Below are positions 9,672 through 19,079 of a DNA stretch of 64,000 bases, piece by piece (within the stretch, counting starts at the first letter, position 1; each line of letters starts with the position of its first letter). The notes below the pieces were generated by a model, which worked only from the letters and a program-made list of their open reading frames with translations, was not told the DNA's origin and did no database searches. The stretch comes from an uncultured Gemmatimonadales bacterium (GTDB taxonomy: Bacteria; Gemmatimonadota; Gemmatimonadetes; Gemmatimonadales; Gemmatimonadaceae). The position numbers were made by a program, and so were the translations under genes. The stretch is taken from the NCBI GenBank assembly GCA_963793305.1, contig CAWBZV010000006.1, positions 1 through 64,000 on the forward strand, in the 5' to 3' direction.

Positions 9672-10682
9672 ATGGCCCTGTTGACGCGACTAACGGTGGC
9701 AGTATTGACACGACTCTTGGCCGTGATGGCGCTGTGCGCGTTCGCGAGCGAAGCGAGCGACGCGCAGACCAAAGAAGCAGCCCTGCTCGACACCGTGCGC
9801 CACGACCTGGAGCCGCCGCTCACAATGGAGCACTTGCAGGCCGCCGAGCGAGCCCGGGCAAGGCTCGACTCGTTGCCCGGCGCAGGCGCAGCCGCGCGAG
9901 TCGAAGCCCATGCATTGCTCGGCCAACTCTTCCGCGATGTCGACTACGACGACGGCATCGCGTTCCACGCCAACGCCGTGATGGAGCTCGCGACGAGTCT
10001 CGACTCGGCCGACCGCGTACGCCTCTCGCACCGGTTGATCTACGCGTATCGCAACCTGGCCGAGGTCGTCGCCGGCCACGGCAACACGCCGACCGCGCTC
10101 GAGCTCCTGATCCACGCCCCGGCAGGACTGCCCGGTGTTCCAGGCGTCACCGACGGCCTAGCCGACGAGATCGCGCGCTACCAGATGGTCGGGCAGCCCC
10201 CACCCCGGATCACCGCGCCACACTGGTTCAACGAGCCAGCGGGCGCCACGAGCATCGACCCGTCGAGCAGCGGCCCGGTGACCGTCGTCGAGCTCACGGC
10301 CTGGTGGTGCGCGGCGTGCACGCGCTCCTATCCGGCGTTGGTCGACCTCCAGAAGAAATACGGCTCGCAACTGCGCGTCGTGCTGGCGACGAGCCTGATG
10401 GGCCGGTTCCGCGCTGACTCCGACCTCACCCCTTCCGTCGAGCTCACGAAGCTCCGCGACTATTTCACGGTCGAGCACAAGCTCACGTGCCCGATCGCCG
10501 TCGCCGACAATCCGGGCGAGGAGCTCGACCCGATCGGCAAAGCGTACCATGTCTATGCGATTCCCGAAACGCTGGTCATCGACCGACAGGGCCGCGTGAC
10601 TCGCATCCTGCTCGGCTGGGACGAGGGCAATCCCCAGCGCGTGGACGAAGCAATACGCCTCGCGCTCGGGACTACGCCTTGA
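9672..10682 (+). CDS. Exported TlpA/thioredoxin-like protein with N-terminal helical region
   Basis: Signal peptide; AWWCAAC CxxC motif; YHVYAIPETLVIDRQGRV. Confidence 0.85.
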   Translation: MALLTRLTVAVLTRLLAVMALCAFASEASDAQTKEAALLDTVRHDLEPPLTMEHLQAAERARARLDSLPGAGAAARVEAHALLGQLFRDVDYDDGIAFHANAVMELATSLDSADRVRLSHRLIYAYRNLAEVVAGHGNTPTALELLIHAPAGLPGVPGVTDGLADEIARYQMVGQPPPRITAPHWFNEPAGATSIDPSSSGPVTVVELTAWWCAACTRSYPALVDLQKKYGSQLRVVLATSLMGRFRADSDLTPSVELTKLRDYFTVEHKLTCPIAVADNPGEELDPIGKAYHVYAIPETLVIDRQGRVTRILLGWDEGNPQRVDEAIRLALGTTP

Positions 10683-11760
10683 CGCCCCCGTATTGCTCTT
10701 CGAGTAGCTCGTCGAGCGCCCCCGACACACGGTCAACGGGGATCTCACGCACGAGCGACTCGGAGTGGAGCGCGCGCGACGGTACGTGATATGGCGCCCA
10801 CATTCGCGTGTCGACGCGATAGAGTCCGACTATGGGCCGGGCGAACGCCGCTGCGATATGAACGATTCCGGTATCGGGCGTGAGTACGAGATCGGCAGTC
10901 GCCACCCTCGCGATCACCTCGCGGAGCGACTGCGTCGCTGAATGCGCCCCCGCTTCGCGGGCAACGCGAACGATGCGATCGGTCTGACTCGCGATCCCGC
11001 TGACGAGGATAACGAGATCAGACCGCCGGGTCCGTAGCCGACGCAGCACTTCCACGAACCGATCGTCCGGCCAGTCGTTCCGCGGATCGGTGACGGAGAT
11101 GTTGACGAACACCCGAAGCCCGCGCCCGCCTCCAAGCGATGACCAGTACGCCTCGGCCGCCTGCCGCTCGGCCGGCGTGATGACGAGCTCCGATCGCCAA
11201 TCGGTCCCATCGAGCGCGAGCCCAAAGGGCTGCGCCAGGACAGCCGACTGCTCGGCATGATGCCGCGAGCGGTCCGGCGCGACCGGCAGGTTGTAGAGAA
11301 AGGCGTTGCTCGCGCTCGAAAGCCCCACGCGGTACGGTGACCGAGCCGCGACCATGAACATGAGTGACGAGGTCGGGCTGGAGTGCCGAATGGACATTCC
11401 GTCCACAACCACGTCATACCGCTCGCGCCTGACACGCGAAAGCAGCGCCAGCGACGGATACCGGTTGGTCGCCGAGCAATCGAACGGGATGACGCGCCGC
11501 ACATATGGCAGGCCGTCGAGCACCGGGACGACCCACGTTCGGGCCAGCACATCGATCTCCATGAGCGGATGCGCTGATGCGATTTGACGCAGCATGCCCG
11601 TACTAAGAACGAGATCGCCTATGACGTCATAGCGGAGCACCAGCACGCGGTATGGCCGCGCGTCCCAGTCCGGCACGCGCGCCGGCGCCGCGGGCCCCGG
11701 CAACAAGTGGGCAACACCACGGTGCAGCTTGTCCCGTATCCACCGTTCGATGCTGCGCAT
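10672..11760 (-). CDS. Glycosyltransferase family 9 (heptosyltransferase-like)
   Basis: RYDVIGDLVL and DLVLTPDTGIVHIAAAF motifs. Confidence 0.9.
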   Translation of the reverse strand: MRSIERWIRDKLHRGVAHLLPGPAAPARVPDWDARPYRVLVLRYDVIGDLVLSTGMLRQIASAHPLMEIDVLARTWVVPVLDGLPYVRRVIPFDCSATNRYPSLALLSRVRRERYDVVVDGMSIRHSSPTSSLMFMVAARSPYRVGLSSASNAFLYNLPVAPDRSRHHAEQSAVLAQPFGLALDGTDWRSELVITPAERQAAEAYWSSLGGGRGLRVFVNISVTDPRNDWPDDRFVEVLRRLRTRRSDLVILVSGIASQTDRIVRVAREAGAHSATQSLREVIARVATADLVLTPDTGIVHIAAAFARPIVGLYRVDTRMWAPYHVPSRALHSESLVREIPVDRVSGALDELLEEQYGGVKA

Positions 11761-11826
11761 AGCACCATTAAAGTAGGAGGTATCATCGCACCTCGCGGAA
11801 CAGTCGTTTTATTGTACACTGTCGGT

Positions 11827-13011
11827 ATGCGACATCGCCCCTTCTTCGAGCGCCTCGCCGCCGTAGACCCCGAGACGCCGTGGGAGTGGGAAGCCCTCTC
11901 GGCCGGACTCGTCACCCTGCGCCTCGTCGACCGCCGGCTCGACCGCCCGGTCGCCGAGCCGACGGCCATCGAGATCGCCGCCGTCCGCTCCTCCGTCCGC
12001 CGTCTGCCGGACAGCCCGACGCGTCGCGCCCTGCAGGCGATCCTCGACACGATCCCGAAGGACCAGCCGGTGGCCGAGAAGCTCACGGCCTATGGCGCGG
12101 TGCTGGAGGACGACGGCGAATTTTACGTCGCGGGCGATGTCTACTCGCTGGCCATGGAGGCCGCGCGGACCGAAGGCACGTTGGCGATCCTCCCCCACTG
12201 CCTCGATCGCATCGGCTACGTGGCGCGCCAGCGCGGGTACGTCGACGACGCGCTGCGCGCGTACGAGATCGGTCGGGTGATCTCGGCCGAGATCGGCGAC
12301 ATCAATGGGGCGCTCAAGATCGATGTCGCGGCGGCCAACGCGTTCATCTGGAAAGGCGAGTTCGTGCTGGCGCGCGGCGTGTTGGAGCAGACCATCCGAA
12401 CGGCGCGCAAGAAATCGCTCCCGGAGCCCCTGGCGCTCGCCCTGCACGATCTCGCCACGCTCTCGGCGCGCGAGGGCAACTACGACGGGGCGCTCGTGCT
12501 CTTCGGCGAGGCGCTGGCGACGCAATCCGACCCCGCGCGGCTCATGCGCCTCCTGGGCGACCTCGGCGTCTGCGCGATGCACGTGGGGTTGTACGAGACC
12601 GCGTACGACGCGTTCCGGTTCGTGTTCGAGAACGGGGTGGCGTTCGATGCCAAGTGGACCGGCGCCATCAACCTCATGGAGCTGCACGGACTCCGCGGTC
12701 AGTGGGACGATTTTGATCACTGGGTGACGATCCTCGAGGCCACCACGCTCCCGCCGGCGCTCACGGCATCGTTTCACCTGCACGCGGCCGAGGGGGAGCA
12801 GCGCCGCGGCAATCATTCGCGCGCCGGCGCGCTGCTGCTGATCGCCGGGGAGATCGCCGATCGGCACGACCTGGCCGAGATCCGTGAGATGGCCCGGCGC
12901 ACCGAACGCGGGCGCCCAGTGCACGACGCACCGGCGCCCGCGCGCACGATGGTGCCGGACGACGTCGCGGCCGTCGCGCTACAAGTGCGAGCGATTACGG
13001 CGTCACGCTAG
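11827..13011 (+). CDS. Cytoplasmic tetratricopeptide-repeat (TPR)-like protein, 394 aa
   Basis: Successive TPR-like helices (RIGYVARQRGYVDDALRAYE; ALHDLATLSAREGNYDGALVLFGEAL; LLGDLGVCAMHVGLYETAYDAF); no signal peptide; TACACT 6 nt before the ATG. Confidence 0.85.
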   Translation: MRHRPFFERLAAVDPETPWEWEALSAGLVTLRLVDRRLDRPVAEPTAIEIAAVRSSVRRLPDSPTRRALQAILDTIPKDQPVAEKLTAYGAVLEDDGEFYVAGDVYSLAMEAARTEGTLAILPHCLDRIGYVARQRGYVDDALRAYEIGRVISAEIGDINGALKIDVAAANAFIWKGEFVLARGVLEQTIRTARKKSLPEPLALALHDLATLSAREGNYDGALVLFGEALATQSDPARLMRLLGDLGVCAMHVGLYETAYDAFRFVFENGVAFDAKWTGAINLMELHGLRGQWDDFDHWVTILEATTLPPALTASFHLHAAEGEQRRGNHSRAGALLLIAGEIADRHDLAEIREMARRTERGRPVHDAPAPARTMVPDDVAAVALQVRAITASR

Positions 13012-13136
13012 CACGTCTCGCCAGAACCCGTCCACGTCCCGTTGACACAATCGTGCGACGCCGTAGGGGCCGTCGCACTGGTGCACGCTGCCATCGCGGC
13101 GAGCGCGAGCAGCGTGGCCAGAAGCATCTTGCGCAT
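13008..13136 (-). CDS. Small exported (lipo)peptide, 42 aa: MRKMLLATLLALAAMAACTSATAPTASHDCVNGTWTGSGETC
   Basis: Hand-translated, below the ORF-track cutoff. GGAGAG RBS at 13141-13146, classic n/h regions and an MAAC lipobox. Its TAG shares the CTAG palindrome with the TPR gene's stop. Confidence 0.8.
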   Translation of the reverse strand: MRKMLLATLLALAAMAACTSATAPTASHDCVNGTWTGSGETC

Positions 13137-13265
13137 GGAGCTCTCCGCATGTGGGGAGAGCGGAGGTTAGCCAGACGGTATACAGCTGGTATGCGCGCAG
13201 CGCCACAGCGCGTGCCCGACGGTGCACTCAACGTTGATAGTAGTCGACCTCGCCAGCAGTCGACG

Positions 13266-13754
13266 TCAACAGTGATCGGCGATCTCGACGCGCCCGATGG
13301 CGCCGCCGACCACGGCCAACCGCACGCACTCGCCAGCGTGCAGCGGCGAACCCGTCGCCTGGGTGTCGTGAAATCCAGGCCCGCTGGATCGCACGATGAA
13401 CGTGTAGTGCGCGGCGTCCGCCGACTGCACCGTAAAATGCTCCGGCGTTTTGCGCGCTGGGTCAGCGACGGTATAATCGCTGATCACGCCTTCCACAGTC
13501 TGAGACGACCCTTTATCGAGCACCTCGCGCAGCTGCCCGCGTGATGCCGGCTCGTACGTCGCCGCGATGACACCGCCGGCGGCCACCACCAGGATGATCG
13601 TCCGCTGGATCCAATGCCGCACGGCCCCTTGTGCGCGCAGGCTCCTCCGCCACCAGATGAGCGCTATCGCACAGAAGAGAAAAGCGAGCCCGAGTCGCCA
13701 GGGCGAGTACGATGTCGCGCTGACATCGTAGACGGTGTGATACGACAGTTGCAT
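13266..13754 (-). CDS. Hypothetical membrane protein (two TM helices plus soluble beta domain)
   Basis: Hydrophobic segments LGLAFLFCAIALIWW and TIILVVAAGGVIAA. Confidence 0.65.
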   Translation of the reverse strand: MQLSYHTVYDVSATSYSPWRLGLAFLFCAIALIWWRRSLRAQGAVRHWIQRTIILVVAAGGVIAATYEPASRGQLREVLDKGSSQTVEGVISDYTVADPARKTPEHFTVQSADAAHYTFIVRSSGPGFHDTQATGSPLHAGECVRLAVVGGAIGRVEIADHC

Positions 13755-13766
13755 TGCACCCGAAAT

Positions 13767-14225
13767 CTACCCCGTGTCCCGGATGCGAGCCAACGCCCGC
13801 GCGCGCTCGAGATTCAACTCCGTGCCACGCTCTTGCATCTCGACCATCGCTCGAATATCCGCGGGCAGCGGCTTTTCCAGGGCTTCGCGATAGTGCTGGA
13901 TCGCGACCTCCTCGCCGCGCACGACCTCGTTGATGATCGCCCGGTCGTCCCGGAGCGTGACGGCCGACTTGATGTTGATCCACGCCCGGTGCATCGACGC
14001 CGCCGGATGCCCGTGCGCGATCGGATCCCCGCCGAGCCGCTGTACGGCGGCGTCGAGATCCCCGAGGCCTTTCTCGATGAGATGCACGCGCGACAAAAAC
14101 ACCTCTTTGGCGATCGGACTACTCACGCCATCGGCGGCGGTCCTGAAGCCGTTGATCCCGTCCCGGCACGTCTCGATGAGATCGTTCAGCGTGCCGATGA
14201 GCTCTTCAAAGGTTGCGTCTGCCAT
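13767..14225 (-). CDS. PA2169 / DUF2383 family four-helix-bundle (ferritin-like) protein
   Basis: LNDLIETCRDGINGFRTAA, HRAWINIKSAV and RGEEVAIQHYREAL. Confidence 0.85.
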   Translation of the reverse strand: MADATFEELIGTLNDLIETCRDGINGFRTAADGVSSPIAKEVFLSRVHLIEKGLGDLDAAVQRLGGDPIAHGHPAASMHRAWINIKSAVTLRDDRAIINEVVRGEEVAIQHYREALEKPLPADIRAMVEMQERGTELNLERARALARIRDTG

Positions 14226-14293
14226 ACGAGTGTTCCTCTGCAAGCCAAAGACCACTCTCGCGCGTAACGCTCAAGGTCGCTATCGTGGTGGCC

Positions 14294-16304
14294 ATGCTCG
14301 CACTCCTCACTGTCGCGCTCCTGCAGGTGGCCGACTCCGCTCACGTCGGCCTCCCCGCGAGCCCCGTCGCCTCGATCGCGGTCACACCTGCGCATCCGAC
14401 CGTCACCGTCGGCGATTCGCTTCGCCTCAAAGCCACGCCACTCGATGCCGACGGCCATCCGGTCTCCAAACGCATCCGTGCGCTGGTTCGGCGGTACGCG
14501 CTTCGAAGGCAAAATCGACTCGACTGGCATGCTGCGCGCCGGCTCGCCCGCGCGCTTCGTGGTCGAGATGATCGCCATCGTCCCCGGCGCGCGTCCTGGC
14601 AAACCAACCGAGGTCGTGGCCGAGTTCACTCCACAGCCGGCCGCGCGCATCGAGGTGACGCCCGCGGTGCGCCGGCTGATGGTCGGCCAACGTTTGCCGC
14701 TGCACGCCGCCGCGTACACCGCGCTCAACGATCGTCGCCTCGGCGATGTCACCTGGGCGTCGAGCGACCCACATATTGTTCGGGTCACTGCCAATGGTCG
14801 TCTCATTGCCGTTGCGCCCGGTAGCGCGACGGTCTCCGCTACCAGTGGCAACGCGCGCACCGCTCTCGCGCTGGCGGTGCGCCCCAATACGATACGATCC
14901 GTAGAGATTACGGGCGTCACCAGTCCAATTCGCACTGGCGATGTCGTGCACTTTCATGCCGTCGCGAAAGACGCGCTGGGTCATGAAATAGAAGGAGTGA
15001 CACCCGAGTGGACAGTGGCGCCGGGCCAAGGCGTGATCGACCCGGATGGCAGCTTCGTCCCGTATGAGGCGGGCAATTATGTCGTGAGCGCCGCCGTGGG
15101 AGGCGCGAGCGGTGAGACCGGCGTGGTCGTCCAGCATCGCAATATTCGGCGCGCGACGACACTCGTCGGCCGCCAGCCGATCGCGAAGTTCGCTACATTA
15201 GAGTTCTGGCCCCACCCGAACGGCAAGAACGCCTACCTGGCCACGATCGCCGATCGTCTCTACGCCCTCGATATCAGCGACCCGTCGCACCCGAGGATCA
15301 CCGACTCGGTGATCGTCGACGCCCGGGTGGTGAACGATGTCATGACGACTCCGGATGGCATGTATGGCGTGATGACCCGCGAGGGCGCATCGAGCCGCCG
15401 CAACGGGATCGTGATTCTCTCGTTCGCCGACCCTGCCCACCCGAAGCAGATCGCGGAGTACACGGAGACGGTGACCGGCGGCGTGCACTCGACGTACATC
15501 TACCAGCAGCAAAAGTTCGGCACGTATGTCTTCCTGACCGACGACGCCACCGGCTCGATGCGCGTGATCGACTTGAACGACCCCCTGCACCCCAAAGAGG
15601 TCGCGCGCTGGGAAACGAAGCGTGGCGCCGGGCGCATTCTGCACGACATCGACATCGTCGACGGCCTGGCCTACCTGTCGTACTGGAACGACGGCCTGGT
15701 GATTCTCGATGTCGGCAACGGGATGAAACGTGGCTCGCCGACCAACCCGCAGTTCGTGAGCCAGTACACCTACGATTTGAACGATCTGTACCGGAGTGTC
15801 GAGGCCGAGGGCGGCCCCGGGTACATTCGCGGCACGCACACGGCGTGGCGGCAGCGGAATGGCCATTACGTCTTCCTCGGCGACGAGGTCTTCTCGTTCA
15901 AGCCGATCGGCATCGGCCTGCCCGGCTCGAGCCTCGGCAAGGCCAACGGCCGACTGCACGTGATCGATGTGAGCGACATTGAGCACCCGCGCGAAGTCGG
16001 ATACTACGAGCCACCCGACGGCGGCGTGCACAACGTCTGGGTCGCCGGTGACACATTGTATCTGGGCGACTATCAAGGTGGACTCCGTGTGCTCGACGTC
16101 TCGGGTGAGCTCAAGGGCGACCTCCTGGCCCAGGACCGCGAGATCGCGCACGTGCACACGGGCGACGCGCAAGGATTCGTGCCCAATGCCGCCATGACCT
16201 GGGGCGCGTTCTATCTCAATGGCAACGTGATCGCGAACGACGTCTTCTCTGGCCTCTGGATCGTGAAAATCGAACCCAAGCCGCTGCCGCCCGCGATCCA
16301 ATGA
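14294..16304 (+). CDS. Exported protein with Ig-like (Big_2) domains and LVIVD-repeat beta-propeller; +1 frame break near 14465
   Basis: VTWASSDPHIVRVTANG (Ig-like); repeated LVILDV / LHVIDVSD / LRVLDVS; N-terminus in ORF 14213..14824. Confidence 0.8.
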
Positions 16305-17404
16305 GAGCCGTAGTCGCGCTTTTCGTTGCGCTCTCCGCCGCGGGCCCAACGTCCAGCAAGCCATACACGATCTATGTGGCGAGCGAGTCGGGCGACATCG
16401 TCACGCGCATCGAAGTGGGCCCCGACGGCTGGCGGAAGCTCAAGGAAATCCCGGTTGGCCTGAGCCCGGCCGACGTGGCCGGGCCGCACAACGTCGCCGT
16501 CTCGCCCGACGGCCGCTATTGGTACGTCTCGATCGCCCACGGCCAGCCGTTCGGCTCGATTTGGAAATTCACCACGGGCACCGACTCTCTCGTCGGTCGC
16601 GCGCCGGTCGGGATGTTCCCCACGACGGTCGGCCTGTCGCCCGACGGCGACTGGGCATTTGTGCCCAACTCGGACTTCCACGGCGACCGTGGGCATCTCA
16701 ACACGGTCTCCGTGATCTACACGCCCGACATGACGTCGCTCACCGAGGTACCGACCTGCGATATGCCGCACGGCTCGCGCGTGAGTCACGGCGGCCGCAC
16801 GGCGTACATCGCCTGCATGATGTCGGATGAATTGGTGGCGATAGACGCGTCGACGTTCGCGATCACCTCTCGCGTCAACGTCGGCAGCGGCCATCCCATG
16901 ACGATGAACATGGCCATGGCCAATGCGCCCCCAGGCGCCGCGTCGAGTACCATGCCCGGGCAGAACCCCGATTGCCTCACCACCTACGTGAGCGTCGCTC
17001 CGAACGACTCGGTGGTGTACGTCGCCTGCAACCACGGCAACACCTTACAAATACGGGATGCGCACTCGTTGGCGCTCGTGCGTTCGGTGCCGACGGGCGC
17101 CGGCGCGTACAACGTCGAGCCGTCGCCCGACGGCAAGGTCGTCATCGTGACCAACAAGAAGGCGCAGAGCGTGAGCATATTTGACGCGCACAGCTTGGCC
17201 GAGTTGGCGAGAGTGCCGACCAGCAAGAAGGTCCCGCACGGGATCGCCTTCTCGCCGGACGGCCGCTACGCGTTCATCTCGTGCGAGTCAGTCGGCTCCG
17301 ACCCTGGCGCCGTCGACGCGATCGACTTGACCACCCGCACGCTCATCGCGTCTTTCCCCGTCCCCCGGCAGCCGACCGGGATAGCCGTCTGGGCCGGGTC
17401 GTAG
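16301..17404 (+). CDS. YncE/YVTN-type beta-propeller protein, exported
   Basis: Repeated PHxxAxSPDG motifs; ATGA coupling to the upstream gene. Confidence 0.85.
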   Translation: MRAVVALFVALSAAGPTSSKPYTIYVASESGDIVTRIEVGPDGWRKLKEIPVGLSPADVAGPHNVAVSPDGRYWYVSIAHGQPFGSIWKFTTGTDSLVGRAPVGMFPTTVGLSPDGDWAFVPNSDFHGDRGHLNTVSVIYTPDMTSLTEVPTCDMPHGSRVSHGGRTAYIACMMSDELVAIDASTFAITSRVNVGSGHPMTMNMAMANAPPGAASSTMPGQNPDCLTTYVSVAPNDSVVYVACNHGNTLQIRDAHSLALVRSVPTGAGAYNVEPSPDGKVVIVTNKKAQSVSIFDAHSLAELARVPTSKKVPHGIAFSPDGRYAFISCESVGSDPGAVDAIDLTTRTLIASFPVPRQPTGIAVWAGS

Positions 17405-18250
17405 CGTCAGTCGAATAATGACAACGTCCGCGAGGAGCGCCGCCAGCGCGAAAATGCTGCCCTCCGGCCCGACACTGCCTCCGCTCAGCCACGAGGCGCC
17501 CGAAGGGTGCGACACCAGCAAGTGTCGAGAGACCATCGCACCGCTATCCGGCACGCCATAGAAGTACGACTGCGCCCAGTCCCAGCTCATGTGGTTGCCG
17601 ATCGCCCACCACAGGGATCCGCTGCGCCACAAGCTGTAGCAGAACACCAACCCGGCCAGCCCGGCGGTGACCACGCCGAAGATCGCCTCGCCGGTATTGC
17701 CCAGATGTAGCGCCCCAAAGCCAACCGAGAGCAGCACGGCGGCCGGCCAGAAGCCGATACCGCGCGTCAGCGCCTGCTGAAGATATCCACGGAGCAGCAG
17801 TTCCTCGGTGACCCCGACGAGGAGAAACGCGACGGCCCAGTCGAGCGCGAAACGGATCGCCATCCCACCGGTGAGCGCGACGCTGTCGAATGCCAGGTGG
17901 CCGGTGAGCACGAGCACGCCGACGAGACCCGACAGCGAGATGAAACCCCAGAACGCGCCCCACGCGAAGCGGCCGATGCCCTGCCGGTCGATCAGCCCAT
18001 AGGACCAGCCGGATCGCTTTTCGATTCGCCCCATGAGCCACGTGGCGATGATGACCGGAAGGCAGAGAGTCACAAGCTCGGCGACGATCGCGAATCGCGG
18101 ACCCGCGGCGTTGCCGAGCGCCGTTTGGGTCTGGAGATAGGGACCGATCAGCCGGCCCCCCAGCAGGGCCATGCCTACGACGAGCGCGACGAAGATCAGC
18201 GCGCGCCAACCGGATCGGAGCCCGTTCGGACCCATGAAGACGTTTCGCAT
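17288..18250 (-). CDS. CPBP (Abi/CAAX-type) intramembrane glutamic endopeptidase
   Basis: VTEELLLRGY, FGALH and LWWAIGNHMSWD motifs; multiple TM helices. Confidence 0.9.
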   Translation of the reverse strand: MRNVFMGPNGLRSGWRALIFVALVVGMALLGGRLIGPYLQTQTALGNAAGPRFAIVAELVTLCLPVIIATWLMGRIEKRSGWSYGLIDRQGIGRFAWGAFWGFISLSGLVGVLVLTGHLAFDSVALTGGMAIRFALDWAVAFLLVGVTEELLLRGYLQQALTRGIGFWPAAVLLSVGFGALHLGNTGEAIFGVVTAGLAGLVFCYSLWRSGSLWWAIGNHMSWDWAQSYFYGVPDSGAMVSRHLLVSHPSGASWLSGGSVGPEGSIFALAALLADVVIIRLTLRPGPDGYPGRLPGDGERRDERAGGQVDRVDGARVGAD

Positions 18251-18287
18251 ATGAAATTATTGTACGGCCGGCCGTAGATTCTGTTTC

Positions 18288-19070
18288 ATGATCGCGCCCC
18301 GTGAGCTGCCAGCCGGGTTCTACGCCTGGAATCGTCGCCACCGCGCACCGTTCGGCCGGCGCAATCGACTCTCGCGATGGCTCGGCGACCGGTACCGCGG
18401 ACCATTCGCGTTCCAGGCGAATAATGGCACGCGAGTGTACGAGTACCCGTGGGCCTATTCGGCCATCGACGCCCACCGGGTGTCGCGCGGGCGGCCGCTC
18501 ACGATAGTCGAGCTCGGGGGCTCGCTGGCTGGCCTGCAATGGGTGCTCTCGCGCGAAGGACACCGCGTGATCAATGTCGACCCTGGTCTCGAAGCTCGCG
18601 GCGTTGGCTGGGATGTCAATGCCGATCGCCACCGAAGTCTGTCGCGCGCGTTCGGCGCACCGGTCGAGCTGATTCCAAAGACGCTCGCAGCCGCCGGACT
18701 CGCGGACGGCGTCGCCAATGTCTTGCTCGCCGTCTCGACCATCGAGCATTTCGCGCCGGCGGATCTGGCCGAGTTTGCTGCGCACGCCGCGCGCATCATT
18801 CGACCTGATGGCGTCGTCATTTTGACCATCGACCTCTTTCTCGACCTGTCGCCATTTTCGGCTGTCGAGCATCACCAGTACGGCACGAACGTCGATATTC
18901 GGCGCTTACTGGCCGACGCCAAGCTAGAGCTCGTGCAGGGCAACCCGAAGGAACTGCACGGCTATCCTGAGTTCACACCTGAACGGGTCATGGCGGGGCT
19001 TGCTGGATACCTCGTGGGTCAGCCGTATCCGGCGCTCGCCCAGTGCCTGATCGCTCGTCGGATGCTATGA
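18288..19070 (+). CDS. Class I SAM-dependent methyltransferase-like protein
   Basis: EYPWA, IVELGGS, VSTIEH and RIIRPDGVVILTID. Confidence 0.75.
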   Translation: MIAPRELPAGFYAWNRRHRAPFGRRNRLSRWLGDRYRGPFAFQANNGTRVYEYPWAYSAIDAHRVSRGRPLTIVELGGSLAGLQWVLSREGHRVINVDPGLEARGVGWDVNADRHRSLSRAFGAPVELIPKTLAAAGLADGVANVLLAVSTIEHFAPADLAEFAAHAARIIRPDGVVILTIDLFLDLSPFSAVEHHQYGTNVDIRRLLADAKLELVQGNPKELHGYPEFTPERVMAGLAGYLVGQPYPALAQCLIARRML

Positions 19071-19079
19071 TGTAGTCAG

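Noticed and set aside
17288..17404. 117-nt convergent overlap between the CPBP protease and YncE-like genes
   Set aside because: It is a low-information C-terminal extension, easily produced by stop loss in GC-rich DNA or by an indel error.
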